Translations under genes and position numbers: made by a program | The notes under the pieces: generated by a model | Told to the model about the DNA's origin: nothing | Database searches by the model: none | Seen by the model: the letters and a program-made list of their open reading frames with translations, nothing else | Shown here: positions 48,915-62,159 of the stretch, piece after piece | Numbering within the stretch: the first letter of the stretch is position 1 | Layout: each line of letters starts with the position of its first letter | Origin: Phoronis australis | Taxonomy: Eukaryota > Animalia > Phoronida | Assembly: GCA_002633005.1 (NCBI GenBank) | Contig: NMRA01000566.1 | Span: 1-64,000, forward strand | Reading direction: 5' to 3' | Length of the DNA: 64,000 bases

Positions 48915-51900
48915 GGCAAGTCGCGTGATCGTAAAATTTTTACACGCACGAGTCAACAGTTTGTGTCGGCCTCATGGTACGTGCATGGGAAGAGTCGTGT
49001 TGCATAGTGTGTGACCGGTTTTGTATCATCAGGAATAGGGAGAATATTAGGAATATCATAGTCTTGAATTCAACCCTCTCTTTCGAAGAGTTGGAAAATG
49101 CTGTGTATGATTGAAACAATTTTCAAGGAGTAACGCCGCTACTGCTGGTCACTATGCCGGTCCTATCCTAGACGCCATCCTTACAACTCACTGTCCAACA
49201 CGAAAACTCGTGCACATTAGACAAATTTTAGATGTCTTTTGATAAATAATTAAAGATATAGTTTCATACCAAAACAAGCGCTTTTAAAAAACAAATGATA
49301 GCACTGTGTGAATCTTTTGCACAGGGTAGTTTTTGTCCTCAAAGCTTGGTTGATGAGAAAAGCCTAGCAGTAATGACCTTTTCCGACTTCAGCCGAGACA
49401 ATTCTGAGAACAGGCATATGTGGTTACATATCCGTCTGTGATGTCAGATCAGGAAGACAGCTGTGTATTGCAATAGCTACAAGCAGCCAAACCTTCAAAA
49501 TTTTGCTTGCTTCATTTCATAATTCCTTTCAACTCCATTTGCTGGCATAATTGAATTGTTTTTCGCCAAGGAGATGTAAAGACCAGTATATCAAAAATAA
49601 TCAAGCCTAATACAAAATATTGCAGTTTTCATTTTTTTTCCAATTCAGCAGTGAGAAAAAACGAAAACACCTTTTAATTTAACCACGTATATTATTGAAA
49701 TTTGAGTGGAGGTGGCAATCTCAATGACAGAATTGCAAGAACACTTGAAATGGAAGTCTTCTGAACTTGGTTTTTTAAATTCATGTGTTAATCTATTGAA
49801 ATAATAGTAAATCCAAGGCATCAAGAAATATTACCTGAAGATGCCAGTGAACATTATTTCAGCCGTTCAGTACGGCAAGTTAATTCTATCATGCTTCGGT
49901 CACTGAGTCATAGAAGTCAAAGAACAAATAAGAGGGCGATTATGACTTATTCCACAGTTCAAATTAAAATCAAGAGCTTTCAGTCGGAATTATATATTTG
50001 ATTTCTTCAGTGAGAGACTTTCAATGTAGTTGAAGGTTCCCGCTACTGTACATAAGTCACAACTGAAATAAGTTTATATGTGAGTCAAAATGATCTAATC
50101 TTTTACCAAAAGAAGTAACTTAGAATGCACAGTATTTTTGAATATTTAAGCATTACAAACGTTATCAAACAACAAGACAAATTTACAAGATATGAAAGTG
50201 GATATGCCTAACTATTACCATGGTGACCAGGTATTTCCTTACATCAAAATTCGACAAGCATCATTTGAAAAAATAAAAGCTTGCATGGAAAAAGGATTAG
50301 AGGCTGGAGCTTCACAATCCAACATGGCCTATTACTCTAATTAAGAGCCTTGGTAACTTGAATTAAAGCATAAAGTTGCAACTCATGTATTGAAAGAACG
50401 ATTCATACGTAAAATTTAGAAAAACATTATGTTTTGACACATAATCAATGGACTTTCAAAGAAAAAGCGATTTGAAAACTTTTTCAACTATTTTTAAGCT
50501 GAGTGTATGGTCAACTGAATGGGATGTTCACACTGCAATAATTAGAATATTCCTTATATTTTTTAACAAAAACATAAATATTGTGCAAAGTTGCTTTTTT
50601 GTAGCAGCTTTCCCCTTACAAAAATGAACTTAAGTTTTCATCGAAAAACTTAAGTTTTTGGTCTGAAAAACTTAAGTTTTCATTCCCGAAAACTTAAGTT
50701 TTTGGCGAAAACTTAAGTATTTTGGAACAAGTTTTTTGGAACGAATTTAAGTTTTCATAACTTAAGTTTTCAAAAACTTAAGTTTTTCAAAAACTTAAGT
50801 TCTGAAAACTTAAGTTTTTCAAAAACTTAAGTTCTGAAAACTTAAGTTTCAAAAACTTAAGTTTTAAAAACTTAAGTTTCTCTTAAAAACTTAAGTTTTT
50901 CGGAAGAACTTAAGTTTTTCCTCTAAAACTTAAGTTATTTTCCAAAAACTTAAGTTTTCAGCGAAAAACTTAAGTTCATTTTTGTAAGAGTCATTAAAAT
51001 GTATCGAAGTTAAAACTTCACCAAGTACAAAATAGCCGATTGAACATGCCCTTCAGTTCAGCAGAAGTCGCCATGTTGTCAGTGCCGCCGGAAATGAGAC
51101 AGAGTCCAACGGGAATTGTGAGCATTTTTATCACTCAATAAATAATATGTGCTTGGATGAAATCTAATGAAAACTACTGAATGGCTCAGAATAGTAGGTA
51201 TAGATCTTTCTCTCTAAATTGCATCATAAATTATTGGTGAAAATAAATTATGCACGTATTCACGAAAACAACAATGGTTTTAAAACGTTGTTTTTATACG
51301 AAAAATTGTTACATTGCTTGAACTACTTTTATTTGTTTGCCAAGTCATATTTTGTTCTGACATTTTACCTTAAATCTGAGACTTCTACATCAAAAAATGA
51401 AACTAAAATTTCTTCGTCCCGTTTTGAAAATGTAACCAAAGAGTTACTGGAATATTTGTTCTCCAACATGGCGGACGACATATTCGATGACGTCATTGGA
51501 GAGCACTCTATTACAATCGGACTTGGTCTTCAAGCTGCCGTGAAGTACAAGGCTCTAAAATCGTGTGATCGTACATTTTACACACACGTAAGAGCCGTTA
51601 ATGTTGGCCTCACGATGTGCAACAGTTTGCTTTGGAAGAATCGTGTTGCATAGTGTGTGACTGGTTTCATACCATCAGGAGGAGCGAGAATATCCGGAAT
51701 ATCTAAATTTGGAATACAACTCTCCCTTTCGAAGAGTTGGAAAAAGTGTTGTATTGTTGAAACAGATTTCGCAGTGTAAGGCCGCTACAACTGGTCACTA
51801 CGCCGGTCCTATTCAGTTTATCCGATTCCTTGACGTCATCCTTGCAACTCACTGTCCAACAATAAAACTCGTTGACATTAGCCGAAATTTACACGTATTT

Positions 51901-51915
51901 AGACAAATTATTAAT
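48915..51915. repeat. diverged direct repeat pair, about 340 bp (48915-49250 and 51558-51915)
   Basis: Shared tcgtgttgcatagtgtgtgac..tttcgaagagttggaaaa..ctggtcacta.gccggtcctat..caactcactgtccaaca. Confidence 0.75.
50613..50990. mobile_element. fold-back MITE (EnSpm/CMC-like) filled with AAAACTTAAGTTTT palindromic units
   Basis: Termini cccttacaaaaatgaacttaagtttt and aaaacttaagttcatttttgtaagag; 2-bp TC duplication at 50611-12 and 50991-92; about 19 internal ACTTAAGT cores. Confidence 0.75.
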
Positions 51916-52988
51916 ACGCCAACAGAATACAACAGTGGGACAAAAGCCGTAAGATGCACAACATTGTGATTACGCAGTCACAGTAGCATTGTGGTATTCC
52001 CGGATGAGTCTATAATTTACACAAATTCAAAGTACAACCTCGTTTGCAACTCTTCTCGTAGTAAATATTTTATTGTTCTGATTTCTGTTAAAATACAAAC
52101 CACTTGATTCACAAAAATAGAGCTCAATGTAGTCTAAAGCAATGCTTTTCATGTATTGCCCAACAATATTCATGTAAATTGATAATAGAATGCGACAAGC
52201 CAAAGTATTACATCGCATACAAACATGTTGTTGAGAATGTAATTATGAATTTGATTACCACTTACATATACATGCACATGTATATCATTCTGCATCTTAG
52301 GTATTATGCAGTGATGTCTGTTATTCTCAGGTTAATATGAGACATACTGAATACACCTAAAAAGCTTTCTTGTTTATATACCTAAACACTACACAACAAA
52401 TACATGTACATGTATGAACGAATTCATGTAGTTTTGTTAAATATCAACCAAAATTTTAAGCACAGGATGCTTTACTCTGAACTAAAAATTTTCAATCGTC
52501 CGACATTTACCGGCCACAGAGTTTCCATTTCGTTAATATGTTTGTGAGAATATAGTTCCATTTCAGTTTGTTAAAATGATACTCAACTCTGTTTGTCCTA
52601 CGCACAAATACTGGCTTTCACTAAGACGACGTTTCATGAACCTATTTTAGTCTTAAAGATGCATAAATTGTGCATATGCAAATGAAGTCCTAACTTACAA
52701 ACACCATCGGGTCCTCCAGAATTCCGGAAGGCATCCGAGAACCAGTTACCGACACAATCTCGCGAAAATCTTGGTTTGAGAGACTATTTTTATGTAAAAG
52801 TACATGGTAATATTTCATTACGGCGAACGAAGACCCCATGTGGCCAAGAGAACAAAGAATTCACATAACTTAGTTTCTTTGGAACCTCACGTCTTTCGTG
52901 TAGAGTGGCAAGCCAGATTCCGACTGCAGCTGCAGGCTGAGAACGGGCGGCGCGTTATACGTACATGTATGTGCACACACTTCTCGTC

Positions 52989-55951
52989 TACAGTTCTCGT
53001 GGCGTTACGGGAATCCCTGGGAAAACCTAACAGCATTGTCGTTAGCCTAATGAAACAAGGCACAGTTTTTGATATTTGTTTATTTCACTTTCAAATAACA
53101 ATTGCGTAATATTTGGAATTGTTGGGTTTTCATATGCTCACATTTATTATTAAGTGTACAAGTTGTCGCGTTTTCTTTAAAACCGTAATTTATAAATTGT
53201 CTCTAGTTTTCCTGGTTATTCTTGTACACACAGTTCTCCAGGAAGTCTCTTGGCACTTGCAATAAATTTGAATATTCACGGTTTTAATGAGACATAGCAT
53301 CTGTAACTTAGACCGAAACAACAGTGCTGGCAATTCATCACGTGTAACAAGGTTTTTGCGTCATGCCAAAAATCAAACCTGAGACATCAACTTTCATGAT
53401 ACTGAGCCCAAACTACTTAAATGTTTCAAACAACCTGATGCTCTGGCATACCCCTCAAACCTCAAAAATTTGGGAAAAGTCTCACACCTTCTTACGGAAT
53501 CTGTAAACTTGGTTAGCGTGACCAACACTCGAGACGAATTCAACGGATGCTGCCGATCTCTCGACCAACCTGGCAAGGTCGAATTTAAGTTGAGTAACGT
53601 TTTTACGTATACATGCATCTCTTCCAGAATGTAGTATGGTCGTACAATTGCAGATGACACAATCAGTTTTGATTTCAATAACTAAAGCAGGTTTTAGTAT
53701 CCTTTTTATACAAGGCGTCGTCTCGTTCGTCAAAGGGTCTCATTCCATGGGATGGCTTACTTTATAGAGGGTGAAATACAACACCCCCCGCAGGATGTTA
53801 AGTATTCCAGCTATAAAGGCACCTGGAACATACATAACATTCCCATAAGTATTACATCATGCGTGGCTCATAAGTACATTGTAACAGATTGAGTGGCACA
53901 AACTACATGTACACAAGGCCTACAGTGTACTTACCTTGCTGTGTTTTTGCGAGCATTCCAGAAGGTGTCAGACGTTGTTTCTAATTGAAATGAAAGACTC
54001 GATGATATAAACACACTGTGGAGTTGTGTACAGTGTATAAATGTGGACGTTAAAATTATTTTATTCTACTATTTTGTGACTTGCACTAGTTAAGGTCAAT
54101 GAGATACGCCAGTCGTTTAACCCATGCATCCAATATACGTTTTGTGCCGTTTTTGAAAATGATAGTTAGTAATATCAGTGTCATATGTATGGTATATTAA
54201 AATTTCCAGTCAACGGTATTCTTAAATATTTTTAGTATTTTAGAAACTTGTATTGCAACCCACTTCTTCAGCCATGGTCTTTTTACGATGCTTTATTAGA
54301 AAAACGTCTACTATCAAGAGAAGTTTGACATTTCTCTTGGTAATACAAGAGATCAACTTGAAATGATTTAAGTTACGTATGACTTTAGCAAAATATCTAG
54401 AACAAGTGCGTATTTTGTAGACTTCATCTGCCATTCATTCTGTGACGTTGCCATGCATTGTTTGTAAAANTACAGTTCACGTGGCGTTACGGGAATCCCT
54501 GGGAAAACCTAACAGCATTGTCGTTAGCCTAATGAAACAAGGCACAGTTTTTGATATTTGTTTATTTCACTTTCAAATAACAATTGCGTAATATTTGGAA
54601 TTATTGGGTTTTCATATGCTCACATTTGTTATTAAGTGTACAAGTTGTGGCGTTTTCTTTAAAACCGTAATTTATAAATTGTCTCTAGTTTTCCTGGTTA
54701 TTCTTGTACACACAGTTCTCCAGGAAGTCTCTTGGCACTTGCAATAAATTTGAATATTCACGGTTTTAATGAGACATAGCATCTGTAACCGAAACAACAG
54801 TGCTGGCACTTCATCACGTGTAACAAGGTTTTTGCGTCATGCCAAAAATCAAACCTGAGACATCAACTTTCATGATACTGAGCCCAAACTACTTAGATGT
54901 TTCAAACAACCTGATGCTCTGGCATACCCCTCAAACCTCGAAAATTTGGGAAAAGTCTCACACCTTCTTACGGAATCTGTAAACTTGGTTAGCGTGACCA
55001 ACACTCGAGACGAATTCAACGGATGCTGCCGATCTCTCGACCAACCTGGCAAGGTCGAATTTAAGTTGAGTAACGTTTTTACGTATACATGTATCTCTTC
55101 CAGAATGTAGTATGGTCGTACAATTGCAGATGACACAATCAGTTTTGATTTCAATAACTAAAGCAGGTTTTAGTATCCTTTTTATACAAGGCGTCGTCTC
55201 GTTCGTCAAAGGGTTTCATTCCATGGGATGGCTTACTTTATAGAGGGTGAAATACAACACCCCCCGCAGGATGTTAAGTATTCCAGCTATAAAGGCACCT
55301 GGAACATACATAACATTCCCATAAGTATTACATGTACATCATGCGTGGCTCATAAGTACATTGTAACAGATTGAGTGGCACAAACTACATGTACACAAGG
55401 CCTACAGTGTACTTACCTTGCTGTGTTTTTGCGAGCATTCCAGAAGGTGTCAGACGTTGTTTCTAATTGAAATGAAAGACTCGATGATATAAACACACTG
55501 TGGAGTTGTGTACAGTGTATAAATGTGGACGTTAAAATTATTTTATTCTACTATTTTGTGACTTGCACTAGTTAAGGTCAATGAGATACGCCAGTCGTTT
55601 AACCCATGCATCCAATATACGTTTTGTGCCGTTTTTGAAAATGATAGTTAGTAATATCAGTGTCATATGTATGGTATATTAAAATTTCCAGTCAACGGTA
55701 TTCTTAAATATTTTTAGTATTTTAGAAACTTGTATTGCAACCCACTTCTTCAGCCATGGTCTTTTTACGATGCTTTATTAGAAAAACGTCTACTATCAAG
55801 AGAAGTTTGACATTTCTCTTGGTAATACAAGAGATCAACTTGAAATGATTTAAGTTACGTATGACTTTAGCAAAATATCTAGAACAAGTGCGTATTTTGT
55901 AGACTTCATCTGCCATTCATTCTGTGACGTTGCCATGCATTGTTTGTAAAA
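52989..55951. repeat. near-identical 1.48 kb tandem duplication joined by an N (52989-54469 and 54471-55951); probable allelic overlap at a scaffold join
   Basis: The copies differ only by scattered SNPs and two 6-bp indels, and the junction is exactly the N at 54470. Confidence 0.9.
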
Positions 55952-56404
55952 TTTTGCAAAAAGAAAGGCACATTGGCAGCAAAACAACGGCATCAGTAAC
56001 ATGACCAAGTTGCACTAGATATCATTGCTAAACAGGAAACCTCAAAACTAGTGTTACAGTTTCTTGAAATATTTATTTTTCGTTCTTTAAAAAAGTCATG
56101 AAAGTTCAATATTGATAGCTCCTCATTCAAAAGTGTCATTTAAAATAAAATACCTTGGGGATGTTCTGGAGCACAGCCCATAAAGCAAAGTATCTGAAAA
56201 TTTCGTATGAATCCGATCAGCCATTTTTTAGATATGAAGTTAAAAAGCTTAGCAAATTTGGAATTTTTATGCCGGCCCTTCCTAACGTTTTGAAAGATCT
56301 GGAAACTTTGACCCACTTTTCCTACATGAAGAATGATTCAAAAAGATCCACCATGGGGGCCTCTTCGAAGTTTGAATATGAAGGAGACAGCCATGGAGGG
56401 CTTT

Positions 56405-59400
56405 TTATTGATGGTGACGATTTCGGTAATCTCCGGCATACACTGTACCTACAAACACGACTGGCAACAAGAGAAGAGTAGAGATTTATTGGCCAAGAGG
56501 AAATGTGCAAATGTCTTCGCCCACAGCACGTTTACCTAATCTACACATTTTTTTCATTTAACATGAAAGATACGTCCTTTCAAAAGGTTTTAATAAGCAC
56601 AAAACTGCACTGAAAATAAAAACTTTTTGCTAGCAGGAAACTAAAATTATTTGCCATATGGATATCTATTGAGAGCATCTCTATCACATACCGACCCACA
56701 CGACGTATATCCCACCATTTTCTCTTGCCATTTCATACGTGAACACCTGCAAGTATACGTTCCCATGATAGCAAACAGACGAATTCCAGCAAATCAATAG
56801 CAAATGGAAATTAATTTGCACACCCCCATAACCTTCAAGTCCTAAAACATTAGGGACATACCATGGTTTACTTGGGACACGCGTCAACCACAGTTAACTT
56901 GAGAGTAGCAGGGAATTGTTAAAAAGACACGATAGGAGACATTTTCCGAAGTGAGGTGCAACTTGGAACTTTCGCGGTCACAGCCAAATACTCTGCTGAC
57001 GAGACCCGCGTCTAAACATGAAACTTGTAAAGGCGCCGACCATGATTTCAGCGAATGTCAGAGAGAAATTGGCGACAAATGGCGATGTCTAATGACATCA
57101 CAGAACACCGGATTTTCTTAAAAAGCTCAAATCAAAGCTAATGACGTCAAAAAACGAACCTGTCGAATACCGTCTTTCGGCCGTAAACACGACAATGTCC
57201 CTTTAGGTGAACAATGTATTTGAGGAGCTCATCAAAAGAACTGTACCGATGATGTTATCCCCGATAAAATAATTATCAAAATCCCCTCGTGGCAAGTGAA
57301 TGCACAAAATCTTTATTAACTTACCGTCGCCAAAGTACCTGCCAGGAGGAATACTAATCCAATAGTAAGAAAAATGGCTCCTCTGATTCTGATGAATTCT
57401 GTTCCAATTGAGGACCTGCAGAAATATACGATATTTAACCATTTCAGCTCGCTAGCAGCGGTCACATTCATGAAATGTTGAAGCAGTTCCTTTTAGACAC
57501 TCGTTTTTGCTTTCCGCATGCAATAGGTGGTCTTTGTGAAGATAAAATTTTCCAACGCCGTATGTTAATTTTGAAGCTTCATATGTCGTGCTGTTTAACC
57601 TGGGTTATGGAAATGACCCTTCAAGAAAATGGTGATTTACAGACCAAAGTAATGGATATTTGCAAAAACGCTAAGCCTACAGGTATAACACTCCAACATA
57701 GGCACTTCTCAACTGAGTGGCAACCTGGAGAAATCGCTGTGCCGATAGATGGCCTTGCTCATCAGGACATGAAATTGGACCAAGCCAAAAACCCTTTACT
57801 TTTGTACTCTGGCAACGCAAAGAGCGGTTTATATAATCTTGAGAATCTGCATAACTGACAATCAACACCAAACGATTATACAACGAATTGAAATAAGAAA
57901 AAATATATAACAGTTTTTGCATATACTTACACTCTGCTGCAGTGGGGGCATCTTGCCAAATGCGAGGAAACGCCTTTAGTCTGAAGTGCAAGTTTTAACT
58001 GAATTAGGCCGTGCTTCAAACACACAGTGTTATTTGTAAATTTGTTTTACAAACTTCGAAACATGCGCTGTAAGAATAGGCGTGATATTTCGTGGACGGT
58101 AGGTCAAGTTCATTGACGCGTTATCTTATCAAGTAAAGACTAAACTGGGCCACTGAAGTCGTCAAGCACTTACAGTGTACAAAGCTTGATTTCGTTTTGA
58201 TAAAAGTTTCATCAGTACCTCACTTTTATGAAACTCATTATGCATACACTATCGACTTCGTCGGCCGGGTCATGTCCTGGTTTTGACCACTAAATGGTGA
58301 ACGTGAACTCACTGGACTTATAGATCACAGTTTCAAAAGCTAAAACTTAGGAGCGCCATAACACTTCACCGAATTCAAGATTTGTTGTCTAACGCCACTA
58401 CTGTATCAGCTCGTGACAACATCTTGGAATTGGAAAGTTGAAGTTTGAACATGGACAAGGTTTTGTAAGTACTGTTAAACTTATTGTTTTTCCCGCGATT
58501 TGCACATCCTTCTCGAACATGACTGTTACTGCAGTGTGTAGTTTGAAAAGGAAACGCTGGAAAAACATATCATGGGCACTGGCGTGTTTCTCATGAACGC
58601 TACTTACCACAAACGATTGTTGACAATAGGCACACAAAACCCTCTGCTGGTGAGCACCGACAACTTGAGACTGAGTCTAAAACAGAGTGAAACTTTTATC
58701 AACATGGGAGTCTTGAGAGCAGCGAATGGAAATTATGTTTAGAAACTTTAACTTTAAGCACAAAATGAAACAGATACATGAACACTGCGTTAACATGAAA
58801 AATACCGAAGTGTGAAGAAAGATGTTATAAAAACGCCTCTCCATAATTATTTGTATGAATGGGTTAGGTAATGAAACTGCAGACAATACCCTTAGGTACA
58901 TTTCGTATTTTTATTTGAATATTGCGTTTAGAGATTTTGCAACCATGGTTTGAGATAAAAATTAACATAATATTTGTATCCCGAACCTGTATGCTAATTA
59001 TGTGTAAGTAGTTCCACGCATCGAGTTTATTGACAGTGAAATAAGGACTCGACAAAGACAATGTAACACACTAAACAATTTTAATCAACCGATATTAATG
59101 ATTAGAAAATTGATTTAAGTTATGTTTAATCTGACATTACTTTAATATACTATAATATACAATACTATACTCGCCTTCTCTTAAATATGATTAAGACCAA
59201 GACTTAGCTACAACGAGGTAAAAAATACTCCATGCCATGCTAAAAAATCTCTGAATACAACGGGGTCAAATTTCATGTGTTTTCCAGATTTTTCAGCAGC
59301 TTTGAATGAATCATAATTAGTGCAAAAATGGTCGTCAAACGTTTTAATATTAGGCACACTACCCTAAGAAGATCTGCCTGTTGACATTGACCTCTTGATG

Positions 59401-60654
59401 TACAATGTACACTGTACAGTACATGTACAGCGTATGCGTATGCGTACGTCCTTGATTGGGGACGTATCACAATGAGTCAAATCAACGTTTTCTCGAAATC
59501 TATGATCCGGAAACCAGAGTTGCCACAGATACTTGTATCGGCCCATTGTACAGACTTTTGAAAGTTACATCAGGAAAGCACAGTTTATTGTTTCATTCAT
59601 CGACCCCATGAGATACATGTATGCATTTCGCAGTGGTTTTAAGCACGTGTATTTTATTGTTTTTTTGGAAAGACCACGTTTCAATGAATTTTCTTTATGT
59701 GGATGAAGAATTGCGGAGAGCACATTTCAATGTAATAACAATTACGACATGGGCGCCGCACTTCAACAGTTTCAAAATGCCCTCGTTTACATTTGGTGAT
59801 AAAACAAAACTGTGTGATTATGCATGACATCAGTAGAATAGTAGATAGTATATGAAAATGCCACTCTTTGAAACAAATAGGAATATATCAATGTTGGAGT
59901 CGCAGCATATTTTACATGGAAGCTTTTAATTTTAGGAAAGTTAATGGCGTAAGTTTTAGTGGCACCAGACGAGTAGCGCCGACGAAATAACAAACTACAT
60001 GAACGGCATGCACGGTACGCGCATTCCGAACTGTAATACTAAGCTCACCCACAAAGTTTAACACGGCCATGAACTCACAAAACACGACTGAGAGTCCTAA
60101 AACACGGCTTACTGACACACATCATGTGATTAATAGTCCGTGATCGGTGCTTGCGAGAACTTATGACCCATTCAGTAGCGGTGCCGTTTTGTGTGCGTTT
60201 GCCGTGTTTGGTGAGTTAGGGCCGTGTTTGTAATTTTGGTAAAAACTCGCTTTCTCCAGACAGATTAAATAAGCTTTTTGTCCCATGAGTCTCGTGAGTG
60301 TCTTGCCCTACCGTACACACTCCTGGAACTCATTCCAGTCAGCTAAAAGAGAAACGGGGTGGTTTCGAGCCCAAACATGAAACTGCCTATCTGGTAAAAC
60401 ATGTACATTTAGTGCAAAATTCTTTTAGCTGTTTAATGTCGGTAAATACATACCACTTGTACAGAAAAACCATGTTGTTGTTGTGGATACGGCTGCTGTT
60501 GTTGTGCATACGGCTGCTGTTGTTGCGGATACAGCGGCTGTTGCTGTTGCGGATAAGGTATCCCTCCTGGCGACTGCAGCGAGTACGGCGACTGGAGTGT
60601 GTTGTACGGTGGCGGCGACACACCTTTTCCGTCATCTGATGGCGTTGCTGACAT
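56405..60654 (-). CDS. TMEM55: TMEM55/PIP4P-like membrane protein, shortened form; last exon uncertain
   Basis: Exons 60654-60454 (MSATPSDDGKGVSPPPY..PYPQQQQ..FSVQV), 58676-58608 (..RVLCAYCQQSFV), 57980-57931 (..LARCPHCSRV), 57415-57325 (SSIGTEFIRIRGAIFLTIGLVFLLAGTLAT), 56746-56692 (VFTYEMARENGGIYVVWVG). All are GT-AG and in phase. They match the TMEM55 pattern RV.C.HC..F, LA.CPHC..SS.G, TM1, G.YV.W. The 3' exon 56448-56405 is only a candidate. Confidence 0.8.
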
Positions 60655-62159
60655 CTGTATTTCAATACAAGAAACGATTTTTTTCATGGAGGTGACAATC
60701 TCATCATGTTATGGTAAGATTGACAACAACATAACTTTAGAGGAAGATAGCTTCACGTTATTAAGCTGTGTTTAACGTATGCGGATGATCCGGTGCCCAT
60801 ACCGAAATTGATCTGCTTGAAAACTCAATGTGGTGATGAGCGCTATCTACATGTAAATTGTCTATTGCCTTGGGATATACCGTTCGTATAACAGATTTGT
60901 TCAATATTTTGATTTAATTTTGAAATACTCACGACTGATCGAGTTTTGCAATAAGGCAAGTTAACACTTTCTATTTTCTATGGTGTATTCTTTGGTCAGA
61001 ACGGAGGTCTTGGGTGTTCTTTTGGCTTAATAAACCGAAATTGCCAATTTTCCAACAGGATGACCCGCTGATATAGCGCACAGCATATTAACTGATTAGA
61101 ATAATATTGTGCAAAACGCAAAGCGCTTAGTGAATCTAACCAATGACTAAATATTGTATTTAGGTAATGGATCTAACCAATTTCTCAAGTACTAAAGAGT
61201 TACCTCTTACTACGAAAGATGGCGCATCCACATCCAGTTAAAGCCAAACCACATTTCTAGTATTTGGCAGTATTAAAATAGTGAAGCCTACAGTGACAGT
61301 TCCTGCTCCTAACGAGTTCGTCGTTTAAACTTCATAAAACTGTGACACTGCGGTCTACGAAAACGTTAAACCAATCATCTGAGGAAAATTTATACATACA
61401 TTGTATGTTCGTTACAAAAATGGCTATCGCATTCTGAAAACAAACAATTACATGTGCTCACTATAGGAGACTTAAGCCTGTCATGGACGACAGTCTTCAT
61501 CAGAGTGACATAGCACGCTCAAGAACAGGTACATTGGGAGTCTGTCGACGTTTTACATTGTGATGAAAAGTACATTCCTAGAAAGACCAGATATTTACAC
61601 CAGGTGTCACGCTCCCTCAAGGGATAACGATGCATCTACAACCGAGTTCTTCCGCGTACGTACACCGTAGAGGCAATCTGTGTAACTAGGACATTCTCAT
61701 AAAGTCAGTGGCGTACATGTATATGTATAACAAGCGAAAGTGTCCATGCTTAGCAAACATGCCGACTTGTGTTCAAATATTCCCCTTCATAATAGACAGT
61801 TACAACGGCTGATCAACATTTTGGACAAATAGACCTTGAGACGTTTTCGCACAAGATGACAGAAACTTGAACCCGCTTCCGTGAAGAATGATGATTTACC
61901 CATTGTACATGTAGGTCAAGCGGAGATAGAACTCGTATTACTGCGACACTCACAGTTTTAAGGAGAGAAGATTGAAACATCGAATTAAAAAATACTGTTT
62001 GGGTCTTCGTTTATGTAAATGCCAGTGCGAGATTATCCACGTCCTATCCATATTGATAATACACACCCTGTTTTCGGAGTGTCAATTGCAAACCCGGAAT
62101 TTCACACCTTTCTACGTCATCAAGTGAATCTGTTTCATGACAAATTCTTCCATTCTGTC

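Noticed and set aside
50613-50990. CRISPR-like array of palindromic repeats
   Set aside because: Repeats are 14 bp with very short low-complexity spacers, sit within TIRs, have no cas genes nearby, and the context is eukaryotic
51219-51653. Longest ORF in the track (144 aa) as a gene
   Set aside because: Non-ATG start, no recognisable motif, and it spans AT-rich repeat-like DNA into a duplicated segment
56155-56539. Plus-strand ORFs as an antisense gene
   Set aside because: No family motif or convincing splice structure; the region looks repeat-derived
60298-60695. Overlapping Leu/Arg- or Ala/Val-rich ORFs; gliadin-like protein
   Set aside because: These are alternative frames of the Gln-rich TMEM55-like exon; the gliadin resemblance is low-complexity only
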